A DNA stretch of 64,000 nt. Source: SAR324 cluster bacterium (GTDB taxonomy: Bacteria > SAR324 > XYD2-FULL-50-16). The stretch spans positions 91,956 to 155,955 of the forward strand of contig JANQGX010000006.1 in the NCBI GenBank assembly GCA_028282885.1, written 5' to 3'. The stretch's first letter is position 1. Each line of letters starts with the position of its first letter. The position numbers and the translations under genes were made by a program. Under the pieces are notes generated by a model that worked only from the letters and a program-made list of their open reading frames with translations, searched no databases and was not told the origin of the DNA. This document shows positions 56,801-64,000 of this stretch, piece by piece.

Positions 56801-58327
56801 TCTCCCCCGCCACATCACGATATCTATTCAATTGAGGATATCGCTCAATTGATTTTTGATTTGAAAAACGCCAATCCGCAGGCGGATGTCAACGTCAAAC
56901 TCGTGGCTCAAACCGGAGTCGGAGTGGTGGCTGCAGGTGTCAGCAAGGCCAGGGCGGACAGCATAACCATTTCAGGACACGACGGAGGAACCGGGGCTTC
57001 TCCCGCATCATCCATCAAGCATACGGGTGGACCTTGGGAGATCGGGCTGGCTGAAACTCAACAGGCCCTGGTAACCAATTGCCTGAGAGGTCAGGTTCGC
57101 GTCCAGGTGGATGGTCAGTTAAAGACAGGGCGGGATATTGTGGTAGCGGCTCTGTTGGGGGCTGATGAATTCGGATTCGCTACATCCTGTCTGATTGTAA
57201 TGGGATGTATTATGATGAGAAAATGTCATCTCAATACTTGTCCTCTCGGGGTTGCCACACAGGATCCGGAATTGCGACAGCGTTTTATCGGAAAAGCGGA
57301 TTACCTGGTCAATTTTTTCAATTTTCTGGCCCGGGACGTCAGGGAAACAATGGCTGAATTGGGATTTCGAACCTTTGACGAAATGATCGGCCAGGTCGAA
57401 TACCTGAAAACCCGTGATGATGTGGGACACTGGAAAACCAAGGGGATCGATCTCTCCAGATTGTTGGTAAAGGCCGTTTCGCGTGAAGCGGCGTACTCCA
57501 ATATCGGCAAAGCCAAGCATCGCATTGCCAATGTGCTGGATAGAGAGTTGATTATCCGGTGTAAACCGGCATTGGAAGAAGGCAAGAAAATCGAGTTTTC
57601 CCAAGTGATTAGAAATCGCAACAGAACCACCGGGACCATGCTGGGAAGTGAAATTTCCAGGCTTCACGGGGAAGCAGGCTTACCCGAAGACACCATTAAA
57701 ATCAACTTTCACGGTACGGCAGGTCAAAGCTTCGGAGCGTTTGCCCCCAAGGGGCTGACACTGAATCTTACCGGTGATGCCAATGATTACACGGGCAAAG
57801 GACTGTCAGGCGGCAAAGTCGTTGTCGCACCTCCACTCAATGCCAAATGGAACGCGTCCAATAATATGATAATAGGAAATGTGGCATTATATGGTGCAAC
57901 ATCGGGAGAATCCTATTTCGCGGGTTTGGCCGGGGAACGATTTGCTATCCGCAACAGTGGTGCAACTGCAGTGGTTGAAGGCGTCGGGGATCACGGGTGC
58001 GAGTATATGACCGGAGGAATTGTTGTTGTGCTTGGCGAAACGGGGAACAATTTTGCCGCCGGGATGAGTGGAGGAATCGCCTTTGTTTATGATCGTCACA
58101 AGGATTTTAAGCGTAGGTGTAATCTCGATATGGTGGACCTGGAACAGGTTGCCATTGAAGAACAGGCCAGGGAACTCTACGCACTGGTGGAAAAACATTA
58201 TAAATACACTAACAGCAGGCGAGCCAGGAAACTGCTGAACAATTGGAAAAAAGTGGTTCTTGATTTTGTCATGGTGATGCCGATCGAGTACCGGCGCATT
58301 CTTGCCAAACGGTTTATGCCCGAGTAA
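53807..58327 (+). CDS. gltB: glutamate synthase large subunit
   Basis: 1506 aa. The Ntn amidotransferase Cys lies in DSCGVGS. FMN/Fe-S central domains and the C-terminal GXGXG-type domain are present. Confidence 0.95.
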   Translation: MTRIYDGIDNRTAGAGLYHRSMDKDSCGVGSITNIYGEKSHKILEEGISILKNLEHRGATGSDPKAGDGAGILLQLSHEFFQEISTEFPFDLPDEGEYGVGMVFLPKDMESLGQCQEIFNQVITDERQEVLGWRQVPTDNTCLSDLMLDQEPAIYQVFIKRKTYYLDAFERRLYVIRRRVEKAIEDSEIKGKEFFYVCSLSGSTIVYKGMFLANQLEQYYQDLTDERFESAIALVHQRYSTNTYPTWGLAQPFRYIAHNGEINTLRGNINWTRSREALFESDYFGADIKKLLPIIVPDQSDSATFDNFFELLVSAGRGLEHAFMMMVPEAWENHKHMSEELKGFYQYHSALSEPWDGPAAIMFTDGTKIGGGLDRNGLRPVRYVETIDGMFIMASEVGVIDVPVEHVRRKGRLGPGKIVVVDTDEGQVFHNDEIKERIAKRKPYANWVKENVIKLDDLPAPPTYTQPDYYKLRLLQRVFGYTYEELYRIVKPMAVNSQEPTSSMGNDEPLAVLSAETKLLYNYFKQNFAQVTNPAIDSIREEMVMSISSAIGGSYNILDETPGLCRMLEIQHPILTNSELEQLRHCEIAAFRSSTVDIGFPFQEKSLNQALDDLCREVEEAVDQGHRVIVLSDRCVKNEIAPIPALLAVSAVHHYLIRQQKRGKIGLIVESGEVREVHHFALLIGYGAGAVNPYLAFESIRQMAISEELPDGLVSLEAFQRYIKAVNKGLKKVFSKMGISTLASYQGAQIFEAIGLNSELINQYFTGTSSVIEGIGLREIEEEIRKRHLRAYAYEGRAFHKLLTTGTYTWRSQGEYHAYNPDTISKLQWATRKNDYKTYKEFAKMVNDLDEQCHTLRGLLDFNREMASPVSIEEVESVDSIFKRFVSGAMSIGSISREAHETLAIAMNRIGARSNSGEGGEDPARFEPDADGNFRRSAIKQVASGRFGVTSNYLVNCDEMQIKIAQGAKPGEGGQLPGFKVTDYIAKIRHTTPGVSLISPPPHHDIYSIEDIAQLIFDLKNANPQADVNVKLVAQTGVGVVAAGVSKARADSITISGHDGGTGASPASSIKHTGGPWEIGLAETQQALVTNCLRGQVRVQVDGQLKTGRDIVVAALLGADEFGFATSCLIVMGCIMMRKCHLNTCPLGVATQDPELRQRFIGKADYLVNFFNFLARDVRETMAELGFRTFDEMIGQVEYLKTRDDVGHWKTKGIDLSRLLVKAVSREAAYSNIGKAKHRIANVLDRELIIRCKPALEEGKKIEFSQVIRNRNRTTGTMLGSEISRLHGEAGLPEDTIKINFHGTAGQSFGAFAPKGLTLNLTGDANDYTGKGLSGGKVVVAPPLNAKWNASNNMIIGNVALYGATSGESYFAGLAGERFAIRNSGATAVVEGVGDHGCEYMTGGIVVVLGETGNNFAAGMSGGIAFVYDRHKDFKRRCNLDMVDLEQVAIEEQARELYALVEKHYKYTNSRRARKLLNNWKKVVLDFVMVMPIEYRRILAKRFMPE

Positions 58328-58622
58328 TCGATTTGATCATCTTCTGTTTTTTTTAGCATGTTGCGGGTTCAGGTAGCCTGATTCCTGCCTGTAACCAGAA
58401 TAGTTAACTCAACCATAAAATCAGGTAGTAAAGAGCATTTGCTTTCAAAGGGATGGTTTTGCTGAACAGTAAAACGGCTTGATCCCGGAAAGTGAAGATG
58501 CAAAATCAACAGCAACCATTCATTCGGGCAACTGACATCAGGATAGGAAACATCCGTTGTGGTTAGTCATGGTGGTTTCTCCGAATGGAACCATTAAGAA
58601 CAAATAGACTTTCGGGTAAAAA

Positions 58623-60053
58623 ATGGGAAAAGCGACAGGTTTTTTAGAATACTTAAGGGAAGATCCAAATAAACAACCGGTGGAGAAGAGAATCAAACAC
58701 TTCTATGAGTTTGAAACACTACCCAGCTCGAGGAAGCTTAAGACCCAGGCAGCCCGTTGCATGGATTGTGGGGTTCCCTTCTGCAATTGGGGATGTCCGG
58801 TAAATAACCTGATCCCTGAGTTTAATGAGTATCTTTACCAGGGACAATGGAGGGCTGCTTATGGGGCATTGCAGGCGACCAACAACTTTCCTGAGTTTAC
58901 AGGCAGGGTTTGTCCTGCGCCGTGTGAAGCCTCCTGTTGTTCCGGATTGGTGGAAGAACCGGTTTCGATTAAGATGCTGGAGAAGGCGATTATCGAGAAG
59001 GCTTTCGAGTCAGGTTGGGTACATGCCCAGGATACTGCCCCTCCCACGGATATCAAAATTGCCATTGTCGGATCCGGCCCGTCAGGGCTGGCGGCAGCGC
59101 AACAATTGAATCTGGCCGGACACGATGTCACCGTTTTTGAGAAAAATGAAGTAATAGGCGGTCTTTTGGCCCTGGGTATCCCCGATTTTAAACTGGAAAA
59201 GGGAATCATCGAACGAAGGGTCAGGCTATTGGAAGAGGAAGGAATAAAATTTAAGGTCAACAGTCATGTCGGTAAGGATCTGGCGGTGGTAGATATTGTA
59301 AATGCTTACGACTATATCTGCCTGACCGGAGGAGCGGAAAAACCGAGAAACCTGCCCATCGAAGGTCGGGATCTGGCTGGGATTCATTTTGCGATGGATT
59401 TTCTAAAACAGCAGAATAGAAGAGTCCAGAGCAGAGAGATTAAAAGTGAAGCGATAACTGCCGAAGGAAAGGATGTGGTGGTCATTGGCGGTGGAGATAC
59501 GGGTTCGGATTGTGTTGGAACTTCCATTCGCCAGGGAGCCAAGTCAGTTACGCAGATCGAAATTCTGCCCGAATTTCCGCATAACAGACCGGAAGATAAT
59601 CCCTGGCCCCAATGGCCGCAGGTTATGAGGACGTCATCTTCTCAGGAGGAGGGATGTATTCGGGATTTTGCTGTTTTGAGCAAATCTTTTGAAGGCAATG
59701 GCAGGGTTGAACGAATCAATTGTGTTCAGGTCAACTGGTCCAAATCGGAAGAGACGGGAAGGATGGAAATGCAGGAAATTCCGGGATCGGACTTTGTTAT
59801 CAAGGCAGACCTGGTTCTGCTGGCCATGGGATTTGTTCATCCTGAACATGATGGTTTGATAACCGATCTCGGTGTGAAATTGGATGAGCGTGGCAATGTT
59901 GCAACCAGCAACTTCAAAACCTCGGTGGACAAGGTTTTTGCTGCAGGGGATATGGCAACCGGACAATCGCTCGTGGTCAAAGCGATCAAAAGTGGCAGGG
60001 ATATGGCGAAAGTGATCGACGAGGAGATCAAAGGCTTTTCCCATCTTTCCTGA
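58623..60053 (+). CDS. gltD: glutamate synthase small subunit (NADPH-dependent)
   Basis: Cys clusters (CMDCGVPFC, CPAPCEASC) and two dinucleotide folds (IVGSGPSGLAAA, VIGGGDTGSD). Confidence 0.9.
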   Translation: MGKATGFLEYLREDPNKQPVEKRIKHFYEFETLPSSRKLKTQAARCMDCGVPFCNWGCPVNNLIPEFNEYLYQGQWRAAYGALQATNNFPEFTGRVCPAPCEASCCSGLVEEPVSIKMLEKAIIEKAFESGWVHAQDTAPPTDIKIAIVGSGPSGLAAAQQLNLAGHDVTVFEKNEVIGGLLALGIPDFKLEKGIIERRVRLLEEEGIKFKVNSHVGKDLAVVDIVNAYDYICLTGGAEKPRNLPIEGRDLAGIHFAMDFLKQQNRRVQSREIKSEAITAEGKDVVVIGGGDTGSDCVGTSIRQGAKSVTQIEILPEFPHNRPEDNPWPQWPQVMRTSSSQEEGCIRDFAVLSKSFEGNGRVERINCVQVNWSKSEETGRMEMQEIPGSDFVIKADLVLLAMGFVHPEHDGLITDLGVKLDERGNVATSNFKTSVDKVFAAGDMATGQSLVVKAIKSGRDMAKVIDEEIKGFSHLS

Positions 60054-60122
60054 TCCGGAATAATCGAGTATGATCTGAATTCAGATATCTGCCAAATCAT
60101 ATCCAAATCGTAAAGGAGCATC

Positions 60123-61109
60123 ATGAACCTATCCCTTCCCATCCGACCGAGACGTAATCGTGTTTCTGAAAATGTGCGCAGTATGGTTCGGGAAAATAGC
60201 CTTAGCCTGTCCGACCTGATCATGCCTCTTTTCGTTATCGATGGTGAAAACAATAAACAACCGGTCGAATCCATGCCGGGTATCGATCGGCTTTCACCTG
60301 ATCTGATCGTGGAAAAGTGCCGGGAACTGGCTGAACTATCCATACCAGCCGTTGTACTGTTTCCGGCTCTGGAAGACAGTAAAAAAGATCCGCTGGCCAC
60401 TGAGTCCACTAACGAGAACGGGCTCTACCAAAGAACCCTGCGTTCTGTAAAAGAAGCGGTTCCGAACCTGACCCTGATTACGGATGTAGCCATGGATCCA
60501 TACAGTTCCGATGGTCACGATGGTGTGGTCAATGAAAAGGGCGAAATTGTCAATGATGAAACCTTGCCTATTCTTGCTGCCATGGCCGTCTCCCAGGCGA
60601 AAGCCGGTGCGGATATTATTGCACCATCAGATATGATGGATGGCCGTGTCGGCGTTATCAGGGAAGCGCTGGACGCAGAAGGATTTACCCACGTGGGCAT
60701 CATGGCCTACAGCGCCAAATATGCATCCGCATATTACGGTCCTTTTCGGGATGCGCTTGATAGTGCCCCAAAACACGGGGACAAAAAGACGTACCAGATG
60801 GATCCTGCCAATGTTCGGGAAGCGGTTCGGGAAGCTCTGCTGGATATTGACGAGGGAGCCGATATGGTGATGGTAAAGCCCGGTCTGCCGTATCTTGATG
60901 TTATCCGTGCAGTCAGCGAAGTGTCCGATGTTCCGGTGGCTGTTTACAATGTCTCCGGTGAGTATGCCATGGCAAAAGCAGCCGGACTGAAAGGTTGGAT
61001 TGACTACCAAAAGGTTGTGCTGGAAACGATGTTGGGATTTAAGAGAGCCGGAGCCGACATGATTCTAACCTATCACGCCCAGGAGGTGGCAACCTGGTTG
61101 AATTCCTGA
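60123..61109 (+). CDS. hemB: porphobilinogen synthase (Asp-rich, non-zinc type active site)
   Basis: PRRNR at the N-terminus, DVAMDPYSSDGHDG in place of the Cys-rich zinc motif, and VKPG containing the Schiff-base Lys. Confidence 0.9.
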   Translation: MNLSLPIRPRRNRVSENVRSMVRENSLSLSDLIMPLFVIDGENNKQPVESMPGIDRLSPDLIVEKCRELAELSIPAVVLFPALEDSKKDPLATESTNENGLYQRTLRSVKEAVPNLTLITDVAMDPYSSDGHDGVVNEKGEIVNDETLPILAAMAVSQAKAGADIIAPSDMMDGRVGVIREALDAEGFTHVGIMAYSAKYASAYYGPFRDALDSAPKHGDKKTYQMDPANVREAVREALLDIDEGADMVMVKPGLPYLDVIRAVSEVSDVPVAVYNVSGEYAMAKAAGLKGWIDYQKVVLETMLGFKRAGADMILTYHAQEVATWLNS

Positions 61110-61160
61110 TCAGTATTCTGCAATCCTCAAAAATCACAGTTAGTTGTGTTTGTTTTAAAG

Positions 61161-61184
61161 CTGAAGCAGCGGGCACTGCTTCAG
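61161..61184 (+). terminator. hairpin after hemB
   Basis: CTGAAGCAG (61161-61169) pairs with CTGCTTCAG (61176-61184) across a 6-nt loop. The downstream T-tract is weak. Confidence 0.4.
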
Positions 61185-61507
61185 TTCCTCAATATGCTGC
61201 ATCCTGCCAAACAACTTCTTGAAAATTCAAAAAAGTATTGCTAAGAATTACCCAACCATAAAAAACCCAACATTTTGCTTTTTTTTTAAAAATTTATCGG
61301 TTAATTTAAAATCATAATAGGTTTGCTGAGCGGGCAAACAGTTAACCTGTCAATTGTGGGGGAGCTGAAACAGGGGCTCGAAAGGGTGATGTCTCTTGCG
61401 GACACATTAGGATAACCTGTTCAGATGAATGTTATTCTCAGTTGTCTATTTGCTTGATAATTCAAAATTTCAGATAGATGCATGTCTGATCAATTTTACG
61501 AGGAGAT

Positions 61508-61903
61508 ATGGAAGTAAGGGCTGATTTGCAGTATTCGGAAGACCATGAATGGGTTAAGGCTGACGGGGGCTCCGTAACCATTGGGATTACAGATTATGCC
61601 CAGGACAGTCTCAGCGATATTGTCTATGTTGAGCTGCCGGAGGTTGGTACCATAGTAGAAGCAGGCGAAACCGTTGGTAATATTGAGTCTGTCAAAGCGG
61701 TTGCTGAATTGATTTCACCTGTTTCCGGTGAAGTTGTGGAAGTAAACAAGGATTTGGAAGACCAGCCTGACCTGGTCAATACTGATCCGTTTGATGATGG
61801 CTGGATGTTGAAGATTCAGGTTGATGATCTGGTTTCAGCCGAATCCGGATTGATGAGAGACGAAGAATACGAAGAGTATATCGGCAAATTGAACGACAAA
61901 TAG
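61508..61903 (+). CDS. gcvH: glycine cleavage system H protein
   Basis: The lipoyl-lysine lies in IESVKAV and the size (131 aa) fits. No gcvT or gcvP is adjacent. Confidence 0.9.
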   Translation: MEVRADLQYSEDHEWVKADGGSVTIGITDYAQDSLSDIVYVELPEVGTIVEAGETVGNIESVKAVAELISPVSGEVVEVNKDLEDQPDLVNTDPFDDGWMLKIQVDDLVSAESGLMRDEEYEEYIGKLNDK

Positions 61904-62006
61904 AATCATCCCCACGTCTGTCAGCGACGAACTGAGTTGGGAAAGGTGCGTCCTGCTCCTTTCTTATACTCGCCATCGACCGTCACCTCAAGTGCACATT
62001 AATGCA

Positions 62007-62837
62007 TCAGTCTGCCGATTCTATTTTGAACTGGGACGAATTGTGTTTGATCAGAGAACGTACCAGTCCGGTAAAAGGCATGTTCAGTTTCCCTTCCAGA
62101 ATTCGCGATCGTTGTTTGAGCAGGTGAAGAGGAGATACTTTGCAGCGGTCCTCCAGACCTAATATGATCTGGTTTGTTCTTTCAGAGACCGGTATACGAA
62201 GCAGTTTCCTGCCAAAGGCAGATTGGAGCATACGAATCGCGTCCTTGTATACCTTGCGAGGTTCACTCCAGAGATTGATACAGAAAACACCATTTGCATT
62301 GAGGCGTTCCTTGCAGCAACTGAAGAAGACCGGGTCTATCACCGACTCAACCATCCCGTGCTTGTCATATACGTCGACAAAAATCATATCATATTCCAGT
62401 TCCCTGGGTTTTGATATGAAGTCACTACCTGCCTCATGAAAAACTCGATGATGTTTGTCAGAAGGGAGATAAAAATAATCTCTTGCAATATCAATTACTT
62501 TCCTGCGGATTTCCACCATGTCAATCAGGCATTCGGGGATATGATGGAACAGAAAGCGAGGGATCGATGCACCCCCAAGCCCGATGCAGAGGAAGGAAGA
62601 AGCATCCGGTGTCAATAGAAATCCTGTCATCATTGAAACAGTGTAGGAGAGAACCAGAGACTCGGGTTTCTGCAGATCCATTGAACTCTGCTTTTCAATA
62701 GAATCAAAATGCAGGGAGCGAATCATACCCTCCTCAATAACCTGGATTCGACCGCTTCGGTCCCTGTCTTGAAAGATCGCTTTGCCGAGATATTTTTTTT
62801 TGAACACCTGGTCTAATGTTGGTTTACGGATGCCCAT
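62007..62837 (-). CDS. spermidine-synthase-like (SpeE-fold) methyltransferase-family protein
   Basis: LCIGLGGASIP, VEIRRKVI and DMIFVDVYD follow the pattern of the SpeE/PABS fold. Confidence 0.55.
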   Translation of the reverse strand: MGIRKPTLDQVFKKKYLGKAIFQDRDRSGRIQVIEEGMIRSLHFDSIEKQSSMDLQKPESLVLSYTVSMMTGFLLTPDASSFLCIGLGGASIPRFLFHHIPECLIDMVEIRRKVIDIARDYFYLPSDKHHRVFHEAGSDFISKPRELEYDMIFVDVYDKHGMVESVIDPVFFSCCKERLNANGVFCINLWSEPRKVYKDAIRMLQSAFGRKLLRIPVSERTNQIILGLEDRCKVSPLHLLKQRSRILEGKLNMPFTGLVRSLIKHNSSQFKIESAD

Positions 62838-62869
62838 GAATCAATTGAATTGACGGCAGATCGGTTGTA

Positions 62870-63142
62870 CTATGTCTCCTTCTTTGTCTTTTTCTCCAGG
62901 TAGAGTCGCTTGAATTCCAGCGACAGGGACTCGAAATCATCTTTTGACAGCTTTCCCATTTTAAAATCGGATTCCAGCTCGTCAATGGTTTCCAAAAGGG
63001 ATATCGATTCGTCAAACTCCTCCTCTTCAGCAACGGGTTGAAAATAAGCTGCTTGCTGATCCAAAAACAGGGGTTTGAACATAGCAAAATACGCTACTCC
63101 CAAAGACAAGGCGGAACAAATGAAGAGTGCAAAATTTAACAT
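62870..63142 (-). CDS. small membrane-anchored acidic protein downstream of ccmH
   Basis: One N-terminal TM segment followed by an acidic and then a charged helix. I recognise no family. Confidence 0.4.
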   Translation of the reverse strand: MLNFALFICSALSLGVAYFAMFKPLFLDQQAAYFQPVAEEEEFDESISLLETIDELESDFKMGKLSKDDFESLSLEFKRLYLEKKTKKET

Positions 63143-63159
63143 AGCGGCAGGTCCTGGTA

Positions 63160-63651
63160 TTAGTCCGATTGAAAGCGGTTAAGATCCTTTTCGATTTTTG
63201 TTTGTTCTTCCGCGGTTAGCGGAGTAACGGGCGGTGTTTTTTGTGTCCGGGTTTTCCTCAACAGTGTTCGGATAACGATGAATCCAATTACGAGTATCAA
63301 TATCAGTGGAGCCAGCCATAAAACCAGGTTAAATCCTTTCTTAGGCGGTTCCCTTAGAATCCATTCGCCATAACGCTCGACGAAGAACTCCAGAATCTCC
63401 TCCTCGGACGAGCCAGCTTCCAGCATCTCCCGGACTTTGTTTTTCATATTGAGAGACAGACCAGCTTCCGATTCCTTCACAGACATCGCCTGACAAGTAG
63501 GGCAACGCAGCTTGTGGGATATATCACGCACCTGGTCTTCCAAATCTTCTCCCAAAAGGATAGATGAAGTCGGAAGAAAGATTGTCAGGGTCAGCAAAGC
63601 GAGAATGATCCTCACTGCATTCATTCTTAATCGATTGGGGGCAGCAAACAT
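63160..63651 (-). CDS. ccmH: cytochrome c maturation protein CcmH/NrfF family
   Basis: Signal peptide, the LRCPTCQ motif, and a C-terminal TM segment. Confidence 0.8.
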   Translation of the reverse strand: MFAAPNRLRMNAVRIILALLTLTIFLPTSSILLGEDLEDQVRDISHKLRCPTCQAMSVKESEAGLSLNMKNKVREMLEAGSSEEEILEFFVERYGEWILREPPKKGFNLVLWLAPLILILVIGFIVIRTLLRKTRTQKTPPVTPLTAEEQTKIEKDLNRFQSD

Positions 63652-63657
63652 AATCAG

Positions 63658-64000
63658 CTATAATTGAGCGTTTAAAAAATCTTCAATCGTAGGTCTGTCA
63701 ACAGCTCCCAGCACTTTTTTCACGATAAATCCCTGTTTGTCTATCAAAAAGGTTTCAGGAACTGCGGTCACACCGTAATCGAGTGAGATGGAACCGGTTT
63801 TGTCATCCGGAGCCAGCAGATAAGTTTTGCCAAATCGTCTGATAAAGGCGAGTGAAGCTTCACGGGTATCATTGATAGCAATTCCGATGAAGACAGCGCC
63901 TTGCGGAGTATATCGCTGATGAGCTCTTTCAAGAATGTGGGCTTCCTGTCTGCAGGCAACACACCAGGAAGCCCAGAAATTCAAAATCACCGGTTTTCCC
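63658..64000 (-). CDS. thioredoxin-fold thiol:disulfide oxidoreductase (CcmG/TlpA-like), 5' end outside the window
   Basis: GKPVILNFWASWCVACRQE contains the CxxC motif. The frame remains open to the window edge. Confidence 0.8.
   Translation of the reverse strand, partial: GKPVILNFWASWCVACRQEAHILERAHQRYTPQGAVFIGIAINDTREASLAFIRRFGKTYLLAPDDKTGSISLDYGVTAVPETFLIDKQGFIVKKVLGAVDRPTIEDFLNAQL

Noticed and set aside
61110-61507. Glycine riboswitch upstream of gcvH.
   Set aside because: I could not find the conserved glycine-aptamer core sequences. The stems that are present do not resemble the tandem-aptamer layout.

Overview
The window is a mostly chromosomal-core segment of a Gram-negative bacterium, roughly 45% G+C by eye. 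Gram-negative status is supported by LptB, Lnt and system-I cytochrome c maturation genes. It also carries two sigma-54 activators and SelA. My guess is a marine Desulfobacterota- or SAR324-like lineage, but this is low confidence. All calls come from reading the ORF translations and the DNA by eye; no database search was run.

Gene content in order:
- 1-1.6 kb: tRNA-Ile/Ala/Val, then infC-rpmI-rplT.
- 2-9 kb: a MoxR ATPase, hydrolases, ComFB-like, SohB, an NtrC-type regulator and a Lys-rich repeat protein.
- 9.4-15.6 kb: mnmA, then a hydrolase / glycosyltransferase-like / lnt / selA block.
- 15.6-19.3 kb: a carboxyltransferase divergent from a second sigma-54 activator, then DUF2892.
- 19.5-34.8 kb: the only accessory-looking stretch. 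It holds MarR, a CDF exporter, a pair of 2-hydroxyacyl-CoA-dehydratase-family proteins, a MATE exporter, a lone receiver protein, and a pfaC-like/pfaD pair.
- 34.9-48.1 kb: smc, lptB, monomeric isocitrate dehydrogenase, a phosphoesterase, asnS, a kexin-like lipoprotein protease with a secreted partner, and yggS.
- 48.2-53.1 kb: fabF-acpP-fabG, rpmF (missed by the ORF track), yceD and scpA.
- 53.8-64 kb: gltBD, hemB, gcvH, a SpeE-like protein and ccm genes.

The most interesting item is a PUFA-synthase half-cluster. It is a 2338-aa KS-CLF-AT-DH-DH protein translationally coupled to a PfaD enoyl reductase, with no PfaA-type ACP/KR megasynthase anywhere in the 64 kb. It has its own promoter with an overlapping perfect palindrome.

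Secondary leads:
- the activase-less dehydratase pair;
- a prodomain-less kexin-like protease followed by a possible prodomain supplied as a separate protein;
- several unexplained intergenic repeat or palindrome sets;
- a G+C-rich structured element upstream of gltB;
- a long hairpin upstream of the carboxyltransferase gene.

No CRISPR array, IS element, integrase, prophage or recognisable defence genes were seen.
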